Shown here: piece by piece, positions 13,101 to 23,858 of the stretch
Numbering within the stretch: position 1 is the stretch's first letter
Layout: each line of letters starts with the position of its first letter
From: Balanoglossus misakiensis
Taxonomy: Eukaryota > Animalia > Hemichordata
NCBI GenBank assembly: GCA_040954595.2
Contig: CM082594.2
Location: forward strand, 7,088,840-7,152,839
Direction: 5' to 3'
Length of the DNA stretch: 64,000 nt
Made by a program: the position numbers and the translations under genes
Notes under the pieces: model-generated
The model's input: only the letters and a program-made list of their open reading frames with translations
Told to the model about the DNA's origin: nothing
Database searches by the model: none

Positions 13101-15467
13101 ACGTGTTTTATTTGATAAAAGTCTTCGCTATGCTACAGGCATGATCGGATTTGTTTCAATTTGGTCCAGCCACGCTTACAGCGTCGTAAATCAATAATGG
13201 GAATTTGTACCTGGACTTCCGATAGACCTGGCAGAGATAATGGTATTAGGTTGGACTAAAAGATCCTCCGCTCTCTGGATTTATCTTCCTAGACATTTGT
13301 TATAACTTAATTATAATCGATAACACTCCATCCCTAAGGTGACAAGAGCATGATCTGAAGATGCCACTGTCAGTACATGTCCCGGCATTCTGTTTCCAAG
13401 TGCGATACACGTCTCCTGAAGAGCGCCAGCAACGTGCCATAATGTTTCTGTTCATTCATCCAACTCGAAGGAAACGTAGGTACACCAAGAATTGTTGTTT
13501 GATCCTGAACCACAAGAAAGTTAATCTGCACTTCGCACAGGACGATTTTTACAGAATAACTTGAATTATTAAAAATAAAACAAGCCCAAGACATTTATAC
13601 AAACTTTCAAATTGAAATTAAACAGTTTTAAAACTATCTTTCTGTTACTTTGTGGGTACCACTTCTTTTGTTTTTATGCCCAGTCTTGCTCCAAGACCGC
13701 GTGGTACTGAAATGCGCGTCCGCGTTATGTATATCACGCCTTGTGGACGCGACGCGCCTGTCACTCGTAAACAGGTCTGTCCGCCTTATTTGGTTGTAGA
13801 AATCTGCTCAGCTGGACTAACACGCACAAGCAGACACCAGTACATGTCCTTGTATTTTAGGGGCGAGGGACGGGCTAACACGAGCAACGCTACACACTGT
13901 GTGAGCTAACTAAGGCTACATCGGCTTGCCGGGTGCAAGTTCCACATTGGGTATACTGTACAACATGTAATGGCTTCATTCTGTTCCGTAATACGATTAC
14001 GAGTACTGACTTTGTACCTAAATAAAACATTCTACTTACTTCCTTCGCCTCCTACAACCAGTACAACTTGAAGTAGTCCACATAGCCTCGGTTTTCAAGC
14101 CACCTGGGTAACTGTGACAACAGGTGTTCAGCCGCGTCTGCACTCTGAGAGCCTATGAACAATAGGCCTGATGCATGATGTGTGAGCCATAAGCCTAGGT
14201 GATTGAACTCTCAATTACGATGACCTGCTCACGGCGGCACTGGGACGATATACAAACCCAATCCTTCAAGTGATAGATGATAAATATATATAGTTTTCTT
14301 TTTATACACAAGACGTTTGAACGTGGTAAACGTTAATAATATTGAGCATAAATAATACAGTTGTACATTACATAAATTTACAATAGGGCCTACTCATTTC
14401 GATGGATTCGATGTAGGCCTAGGCTAGACAGCATAGGAAAATGTTATCCTTGCTTCCCATTTTCACATGAAAACTGAATTCTTGCAACGAAGCACTATCA
14501 GACCTTCCTTTTAAGATGAACTAAATACGAGATATTTACCCGTTCCCCGAAAATCGTGCGGACCGTGTGTCACCGTGACACGTCGTCTGCCACAAAAACT
14601 TGTATGACCCGGAAGTCGATTTGATTCTGCGCGCGCACCTTTCAAACGTTTCACGTTCACCTGGTGAATTCTCGCACGCTCACGCCGAGAGCTACCTGAC
14701 GTCAATTTTAAATACAGCTTCGGATACTTGTTAGGTGTTCTTGTGTCAAACGGTGCCAATAAAGCAGGCTTTCATTGCGCGTGTACTCCACATCCCCTCT
14801 GTAGAGCGCAAGAAGAAGGTGATTCCAGAAGTTGAGCAATACGCATGCGTATGTAGGCATCGTTTCACAGGGATCGATCGTATTCCGTACTTCTTTGGAT
14901 GGAGTTTTACCATTACCTGCCCTCCCCTCGAATGCAGCAGGGGCCAGCAAATACAGCCCCTCACCCACCCCGTTCCCTGAGTACAGAACCCCCAAACAAT
15001 TGAGCGCGTGTTTCTAGCATCTTTAATAATGCAATTAAAAGCACAGAGCTCCATAACACTCTTCATGTAAATGAGGCAAGCACGAGAAACCGTTTCCACG
15101 GCAACGCACAGATTTGCAAACTTATGACTAGTACATGTAGCTGTATTTACATCTAAGGAAGCACTTGTTCGTATAATGGATGGCGCATTTTTCTTGCGCT
15201 TGATACTTCAAGAAGATACTGTTGGCATATAGTGCTGCAATTAATGAGAGATAAATCATGATCTTTCTGTCGACACTATCGCGCATTTAGAATTCAATAT
15301 TGGAGGTGAGAAAAAATTCAAAGTCATCACTCAAACGTTCGAAACACCGTTCTGCACAGCCACAACACGAATGGCTGATAACGATCGGTTGTTTCCTGCG
15401 AGTTTCACCGCTGTTGAATAAAAATGGCATACTTGCCGACGTGTTGATGTCAATGATTCGGTATGAG

Positions 15468-16727
15468 TTAGGTTGATGAACGTGCACCAGTGCTCCTGCT
15501 GTTCGTGGTGACGTTTGCGCTGTCTATTTTCACTTCACAGGTTTCGTTTTGTCGCTGGGTCATGTCCTCCCACATCGTGTGCAGGTTTTTGGCGCCGACG
15601 CCGTGAACGGTCATGTATTTCCGGTAGGTGCAGAAGTCGTACGGCATATTGCGCATGTCGAAGAGCTCGTGCATTCGCGGCTTGATGCCCAACTTGAGCA
15701 GACACATCCCCACGTACACGTCTTCCAGCCAGAAGAAGGAGGTTTTCAGTGACGTCATGTACACGTTGAACGCAATATCTGCTGACATCACATACCCGGA
15801 CCCCATGCAATATGGCGGGTACAAAGAGTACGGATACTGTTCAAGGGGAACAAACCATTTACTTTTTGGGTCTCTTACTACTTTGGGATTTTTGAACATC
15901 CACCCTACCATCAATTCCGTGGTATCCTCTGTTTCAAGATAGGATACCAACGTTTTTGTGTTGACCAACATATCATCGTCCGTTTTCATGACAAATTTAG
16001 CTTCTTGACAGAAGTAATAAGACCATTTGAGTCCCATGATTGTTTTGATTGTAAGATTTTTATAACTATCCATAAAATCTTCCTGTATTATATCCTCGTA
16101 CAGGCGATCCTCTTGCTTGATTGACGTTTGTACTGTCGCGTTCTGCGGTCGACCAAGGAGGAAAAAAGTGATCACGTTTCTGTTGTTGTATTTCCCGAGT
16201 CTCTGGGGTTGCCCCCAGGTCTTGCGTATAGCCATGCGCCTGGTGTAGTGCCTGGGCGCTGAAGCCACCAGGATCAGCAGGAATATCCCCTTTGTCCGCG
16301 TCTGGTTGGCCGCCAGACGACACCTCTCCGGGTGGTTCGTCAGCAGCTTGTAGTCGTGCGGGCAGTCCTCGTCGATCTCGTCCGGGGAGACGACGCTGGC
16401 GATGTCGTACTGCTCGATGTTGATGAGGTGCATGCCGAACGGGTCGGCGAACCTGAAGCCCGTGATGCGCGAGGCGTGCGGGCGCACTCCGCTGAAGGCG
16501 CCAGCGCCGGCCTGATACAGAAGCACCACCAGAGTGTTCATGACGCAGAAGACGCAAATAAGCACCAGGGCCAGACTGTATTTTGCAATGGCGCTGAAGA
16601 CTATCTTCCTCTTGTTCTGCACGAAGATGATCTTCGTGTAGCGGTATTTCCTGCCAAGATGCGGCATCTTTCCCTGCGCAAAGCGTACTACTTTGGGTTC
16701 CTCCCCGTCCTTGCCTCGTCGATTCAT
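15468..16727 (-). CDS. B3GALT1: Beta-1,3-galactosyltransferase 1-like (GT31), paralog B, 419 aa, convergent with paralog A
   Basis: Same motifs (FLLILVAS, RMAIRKTWG, FVMKTDDD, YPPYCMGSGY, EDVYVGMC) and collinear with paralog A throughout. Homologous acceptor ttttctcccgcag| on the minus strand; the exon starts at 16920. Confidence 0.92.
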   Translation of the reverse strand: MNRRGKDGEEPKVVRFAQGKMPHLGRKYRYTKIIFVQNKRKIVFSAIAKYSLALVLICVFCVMNTLVVLLYQAGAGAFSGVRPHASRITGFRFADPFGMHLINIEQYDIASVVSPDEIDEDCPHDYKLLTNHPERCRLAANQTRTKGIFLLILVASAPRHYTRRMAIRKTWGQPQRLGKYNNRNVITFFLLGRPQNATVQTSIKQEDRLYEDIIQEDFMDSYKNLTIKTIMGLKWSYYFCQEAKFVMKTDDDMLVNTKTLVSYLETEDTTELMVGWMFKNPKVVRDPKSKWFVPLEQYPYSLYPPYCMGSGYVMSADIAFNVYMTSLKTSFFWLEDVYVGMCLLKLGIKPRMHELFDMRNMPYDFCTYRKYMTVHGVGAKNLHTMWEDMTQRQNETCEVKIDSANVTTNSRSTGARSST

Positions 16728-19700
16728 AGCTTATACAAACATATATAGTTATCACACACAGCAATGCGGTATTTCCTGTATCCCTCCAGAAGACGACACA
16801 GCATACCGAAAGCAATTCAAGTCATGTTGAAGGACTGTTGGGCATGACAAATACAACAATCTGAATCTTGTCGTCTGCTCTCTTGAAATGTCGCGTGTCT
16901 ACCCGGACGCACGAACAAATCTGCGGGAGAAAATTGAGTAAAATCGTTCAGTAAGCCATTCAACCAATAATTCCACTACGGCAACTCAAGTGACGTCACT
17001 ATAGTACAGATAAAAATATGAAAATATTCCGGGCACGTATCAAACTCCCCAATACAAAGAATTCATGAGAAGGCACTCGTCCAAATGAAACTGGCGGGGT
17101 CACAACATCTTTATAATGCAGTTGGCTGATTGCATTCACCAGCCTTTAAAGCGTAGATCAATCTCCCTTTACTGCAAGCCGAGGCATCGACAAAATTAAC
17201 AATATATTTCGCTCCAGCTACGTGCCGGCTTGGACGTCTACTTCGGAAAACATTCCAAGAATTGCCTTTAGTGTCATCTGCGATATTATGACGTAAACAG
17301 CACTACCAACAAATCACGTTCGTGAATATTATACGTGTGGCAAAGCTACCCATGCAGCCCAGGTTGACTCTTTCACACCCAGTTTCCTCTATAGGGGTAC
17401 AACTCTCTGGTTTCACTTTCTGGTGAAACATTTAGTCGTGAAAACTGAGAACAGGCATAAACGCTGAAATTTCAGTCATGACACTATGTCGCATATCATA
17501 AAAAATATTACCCAATTAACTGTTCAAACAACCTGGTGGACAAGAGCGCCAGTGTTTGCGTTACTGAGCATAAAGAGCAAGTTTCTGAAATCCATACACC
17601 TGAATACACGTATTATGTTTCTTTACATACAATCATCACCATTCAATGGCCCCTTTGTGGACGCCATATAAGTTATATACTCCGATCCGAATCACGGTTT
17701 GCTTCAATATAGCCTTTTAGCACACGATTTGATTAAAATTGACGCTTGCGTATTTAGATGTCAAACAGTCGGTAATTGGGTTGCAAACAAGATGCATCGA
17801 GATTCTCATATTAGATGGTTTGGGCGTCTTGCTTGCATTCATGCACGTGAGGTAAATAGAAAATATCACAATTAAGCCTGAAAAGGAATAACTGTAAGTA
17901 ATGTAGTCAGCTAAGGTATTGAAATGGTATGAAAATAAGAGACTCAGTGCATACTTATATGGGAACATGATTTTAGTGCGTGTTTAAAAAGCGATATAGA
18001 AAATTGACATATCAGTGTAATTCAAATTCAGTGTGTGGGTATTCTTTGTTCTTGCGGAATACTAGTATAGGAATTAAAGAAACGAATTTTGAAAATACAA
18101 TTCGTGTCCGATAACCGTGTCCACGCTTCCCCTACTTTATAGGAATATGGTCGATCATAGTGTTAAATAACTCAATTTTTACAGCCGCTTGAGAAACATG
18201 GCTTATTTTGCATGCCCTGCTGCTGTAATAAGCACGCCTTGTTTGTGAGTTTCTTGCGTGAAGAGGTTAGGCCTGGTTCGCGTAGATAGGTAGCCAATAC
18301 AGCTAGACATTCGCTTTGATGGGAGAAAACACCAGACAGGTCTCCTCGTAGGCTGCCAGCTCGGGGGCTTCATTAAATGTTTAATGGCGGCTCAATATTT
18401 CAGATATTGCCGTTAGCCGAGCAGTAATCCAGCGGAGTAGAAGGTTCAGACTGCACGCGTATTCCTTATTTCCTGGGGACGTAAAACCATTTGATGGGAT
18501 CACAGCTGAACAGTTAGATTGGCCTGGACTGTAATGTGTTCGACAATAATTATATTGTGAAAGCGATTCCGCTTTTTTATATCATATTGCGGCAAATGAT
18601 GTCAAACTCAAATTAGCAGCTGGACTGCGGGTACGTAGAGAAAAGAACAATGCATGATTAGAGTACGCACATCACGTACACATCAATCACTGTGACATGC
18701 CTAAAATGCCAAAAAATGCATGCAATGTCGCACGCGCCGCCATATTTACCCCACAGCAGGCAACACATTCGTTGGCAAGATGGCGGCTTCACGTCGAATG
18801 AACCGGGAGGCTTGGTCGGGAAGAAAACGTGTTTCAAATGGCACATATATCGAGGAAATGGCGAGATAAGAACGAAAGGATAATTGGCTTACGGCAAATC
18901 TTCGCTAACCGCTGGTGACCTTACGCGACTACGTACCCAGACATTCGACAGCCGAACCGGCGAGAAAATGGAACCGTCTTTCAGTCTGCGATCGTTATTC
19001 CCCGGGATGTTCCATTTATTTTCCGAGAGTGCAGTGCCTTTCCCAACTTGCAGAACATGTTAATGCAGCCAGGTTGTAAGTTCAAAAGGCCAACTGAATA
19101 GCTTAATATGCGCAAGTATTATGATTATTTGATGTATTCGATTACGTCAAATAGAGGGAGTCTCTATAATACTCTTTCGGGAATGAATGAATATGGCTAC
19201 TTCGATCGGATAGTGACAGTCGATCAAACAGAATGGACCCTTGCAGATGGAATCTATGTTTCGGATAAAAACGTATGTTGTGCAAATACTTCCAAATGGA
19301 TAAAGCCCGAGGCTGTTGGCTAAATGTATTCCCTGTATGTTCGCAAAATGGACTATGTTGAATCGCAGATACTCAATTACATACTCGAGTAATGGTTCGT
19401 TGACAGAATACCAGGCGTTGGAAACGGATGGGTCTTGCCCACTGTGTATTCCCTTGAACCAAACAATATCAGATTCCATGGCATACCATGCAAACATTTG
19501 ATAGCATAAATCATAATTGGGCACGTTTCTTTGCCGCGAGGACATGACTTTGGCAAAGAATAAATTTCGCTAATCTCTTGGATCGACAGGACATAGTTTT
19601 CTTTCATCAAAAGTTGCTGGTACAGTACCTTAGTTTATACCACGAACCAATCGGCAGTACATTGCCCTGAAAATCTTAATCTCTATATTGCCATATCTTT

Positions 19701-22078
19701 ACTGCTATTTATGGATCCTCTAGGAGCTCCGCACGCAATTACATTGCACGTGTCTAATTTCTTCAGCGGCTCCCTTTATATTCGCAGGGGAAATTATTGC
19801 CCTCTCCACTCCATTCTGTAGCACGAACCTTTTCTCGGAAATGGTATATCGCGGTTTCTTAATTAAAGGGACAAAGTCTCTCTCTCGCTGCCCTTTTTCC
19901 ATCAATTATGTTTGATACAAGACACCGTTTTGCTTTTCCATCGAGTGGCGGTGATTTTTGCAGCGCTATAGCACTGCAAACTGGATTTCAACTGGTTGAC
20001 TCAAATCTCAATTAATAGGTATAAGCGCCAGTCCTTTTTTCAACACATTTCTTTTGAATTATATCTTCTGCCTTGCGTCAAAAATGCCACAGGCCTGTGT
20101 TTCGTAATACTTGATATGTCACACAGTATCTCAATTATCAGAAGCAAATTGGGAGAAACTTAGTTTGAGCATAAATAGATTACGATCATACTAAATCTTT
20201 ATTGAGTCGGCAGAGACGTGGACGCTGGAGAATCCGCTAGACCGTGCAGGGTGAACGCACCGGAAACGGGACAAACATCCGATTGGACGTGGCGGCCATG
20301 TTTGTTGTTGACTGCCTATAGAGCGTAAGTGTTGTATCTCCCTTAGCGATAGCCTCCCCCTCTCAATCTGCCGATGGGAAAACATAAAAGCGGTGCCAAT
20401 ACGTTTTACTGGCCCATAAAACCTACATCGGAAATTACTAGCATGATATCCGAACTTTGACCCGAGTAGTCTTCGCTTCTTATATGCAAGTTGCTCATTT
20501 GTGAGGCTTTCGTTTCGCCTCGCCAGATTACACATTTCTCAACACAGGCAGGGGCATTGGCTTTTGACATCATATATAGGTCACGTAGCTCATAGGCGCA
20601 CGTCAGCATATAAAATATTTGAAATACGTCACTGCATGATACATTTATTTACATCTTTTGGCTAAGTGGCGTATGAGAAACGTAATTATTGTTGATAGTT
20701 AATTCCATATTTATGAGATATCCATTCCCCCACTTTAAGTTAGGAGAAAATAAACTTCCCTTGTGATGTGAAACGTGAATAATTTTCACGTGGCTAGGTT
20801 TTATTTGACATCAAGCCCTCGAGCAATTCGAAATTGCTTCGTTTTAATAGTGATGTGCATGCGAATCACTCGGCGGTGACATTTCTCATTTTATTTTCAT
20901 CCGCAGTTGACATTTCAATAAATAGCCTTCACGCGAATACTGGGCCATTATATTTTTAACGCGGCCACCCTACCTGTATTTAACCCTTCGAGGAAGTCGC
21001 GCTGTGGGGAGTGTGTTGGGTAATTTTTTCAGCCTTCTTCATCAGAAGCCAAAGCAGGCATTCGAATATCGAAATGATCCGCGTGTTTTATTTTCCCTGG
21101 GGTGTGTTTCTTGCAGAAAACGAATAACGTTGATGAGGCGCGCGGGCATTGGGGTCGCGTTTTCTTGCAACGGTTCTTGGTCACTGCATTGACCAAAGAA
21201 AACAAATATTAGGTTTGCGGAAAATCCTTGTAATAGGAAACGTGTTTCTCCAGACGTTTGAATGTGCTCATGCATGATGTAGGATGTGAATGCTCAAGCA
21301 CTTCAGTTGGGTCCAGAAGATAACAAGCGCAAGGATGAAACAAACAAGGAAAGGTTGGTGATACTACTTTGTATGAGGATCCAGGGTAGTCAGTGCAGTA
21401 TTTAGTACGCTTCAAAAACAAACCCTTGTCTGTTATTTTCTTATCTGCCCTGTACATCAATCCACACACTACGTATCCCCGAGTGGGAGTGTTATCATTT
21501 CATTGAACCGAACAAAACAACGTGAAACGTGATCAACATTTCCGAAACCATAGAAATAAAATCCAGTCAAAACGTGTTGCTAAAACCTTCAACCCCGCTT
21601 ACAAATATTGTATAAATATTATCATTTGCACTCTGAGGGAAAGAGAAAATTACCCATTTCGAACACTTTTGCAATGGCTGGTGTGATTCAAAACACATCA
21701 CTGTTTTAATCAACTTGTCCAGAAAACGTATCTTTGATCACAGTCTCAGAGACCGTGCTTTGATCATCTTTTGGGAATATGTCCGAAATAGCTGACATTT
21801 ATTTTTGTTAACGTTGGAATTTGCAAGTGATCGAAAACACCAGGTTCATCGCAGAAGTGTTGTCCATCGCGAATCAAGCAATAGGCCTATAGCTGGTCAG
21901 GATTCTTTCTCCTCTTTGTCAAAGGCACGTGTACGTGTACCGTTACGTTTGGTTGTAGAAAGGTGCCCCACAAGGCTACAAAAATGCTATATTATCGTGA
22001 TAGTTTTTTTTACACCTGAAACAGTCATACTTATAGTGAACGTATATACGTTCAGTAGTTTACATAGTCTGTATTACC

Positions 22079-22394
22079 TTCCTAAGTCATTCTCAAATCC
22101 GTCTTCGGTATCATCCAATCCACGGGCTAAAGAACGACCGGATCCCGCATACGTGCCGACGCTGTCTGCGATGTCTGTTGCTAGGTCCCTGGTTTCACTG
22201 GCAAATCAGCATACGGGTCTTTCCGAGGATCTGCGCAGGCCTGTCTGATGTCCGGTGCGCACGGTTGAAACAGCTGCGGGCCCATGTGGGCCCCACACAC
22301 ACGATCAAGACAATGTTATGCGTCACACAGTCATCACACGATACGCCGGTGCATTCCATAAATCTACTGCCTGTCGAATGCATAATCGCCGTTG
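22079..22394 (-). other. Putative non-coding 5' exon of B3GALT paralog B
   Basis: GC/CpG-rich block bounded on the minus strand by acceptor ttttgtgtttaccag| and donor gaag|gtaata. Paralog B needs an upstream donor. A further donor cccag|gtaaca lies near 22876 and a TTTAAA/Inr-like region near 23065-23090. Inference only. Confidence 0.35.
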
Positions 22395-23280
22395 CTGGTA
22401 AACACAAAAGCTTGTATGTTTGCTGTAATGCACAAATTGACTAACTGTCCGTTTCCAATGGATACTGCACTGTGTGTAGTAATAATTGTGTCAGGCTGAG
22501 AGGTCCGTTACTCATCGCCTTTGACAAACAAATGCTATCTAAATTATATATTCCAGTTGGATTGTGCACCTTATCATATGTTATTTTTTTATCTGAACTT
22601 CGTATTATTCTGTCAAATAAAAACAGATCAAGATTACATGTATAAGGTGATTGATTTTTTCTATTACGGTGTTACACCATCCCATATTAAGGATTACCGT
22701 TACCATGGAGCTACCACTATGGTAAATTCATGCCATGGGTGTACTACTACTATATAGTATCTTATGGTACGTCCACATGCAAGTACCTTCATGGTATGAC
22801 GACACATTATAAGAGTATGACCTCGCATTATGTTGGGGGTCATGTTCTGAATATTTAAAGACAACCTGTGTGTTACCTGGGTTATATGGCGTCCCCTTGA
22901 TTGGTGCAGCATTGCATGTAAGTCCCAGTTTGCCGCTGTAAAGCATAGTCAAACGCACATTCGAGATGAATAATTGCTCAACAACGACGCCATCCTGAAT
23001 GTTGTGTAATAAATGATTCATAACTAGCGCTAGCTCAGTGCTCAGCGAGACGTGCAGTCAATTTCACTGTCTGTCGGGGCTTTAAAGAGGATCATTTTAA
23101 ATGAGAGCTATTCGAGGAACAGATACCACCATTTAGTTTTGCTTCATACTGTCTGCATTTCAGTTGCCCGATCCGAGAATCATGCACTCTGTTCACAAAA
23201 CACACTTTGGTAGCTATGACCCTGACCATCAAAGTTCATGATAAGCTCTAAGTATCTTTATTTCTATTAATAATGTGACT

Positions 23281-23314
23281 CTATATGCCTGATTGCGCTA
23301 TATGCCTGATTGCG
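23281..23314. repeat. 17-nt perfect tandem duplication (ctatatgcctgattgcg x2)
   Basis: Directly visible. Confidence 0.85.
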
Positions 23315-23858
23315 TACAACTCATTGCACCATCTGAAAATGCGCTAATTCCCCTTCCGCCACGTGCACAGCCGTGGTCCCTCAGGGCGGAAGAACCTTGC
23401 CACACTTTTCGGTCGCTGATAATATAAGTTTGCCGCCAGGCTAGGTAATGGTGATTTATGTACTAATATTGGATTGCTGGCGAATTTACAATCTCGTTAT
23501 GGTTTACGCGAGAGGCTCTTGCAATTACATGGTTATCATAATAAATTCTATAAGTGTATTAAATCAATGCGGTTGATAGCCGCAGTTTTGAAAATAATTA
23601 ATGGATGCAATTAAATGTATAATGATTACTTTGATGCATGTATGGTGCTGATAAGAAGCAAAATGTCAAATGTCATCCCGGGTATCGTTACGAAAATGAA
23701 CATTTTGATGACAAAACAGATCTATCCTTGTCATAGCACATAGCATTGCCTTTCTCGAGACAGTTGCACGAGAGGGATACACGACAGACCAGTAAATGGA
23801 AAATGATTTGGAGTAATATAAAAACACGTTATTATATCCCATCAACAAATTATAATTC

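Noticed and set aside
13640-14125. Possible solo LTR (internal AATAAA at ~14020, ACA-ending candidates)
   Set aside because: No matching TG...CA ends with a target-site duplication and no convincing primer-binding site.
14708-15099. Overlapping 95-117 aa minus-strand ORFs downstream of paralog B
   Set aside because: No recognisable homology or splice structure; probably 3' UTR.
8802-16815. Antisense and alternative-frame ORFs overlapping the two B3GALT genes (e.g. 8802-9284, 16066-16815, 16332-16748)
   Set aside because: Expected shadows of GC3-rich coding sequence; no independent motifs.
20014-20028. 15-mer aataggtataagcgc shared with a PCIF1 acceptor region (~31328-31342, minus)
   Set aside because: Several 15-mer matches are expected by chance in 64 kb over two strands, and there is no extension.
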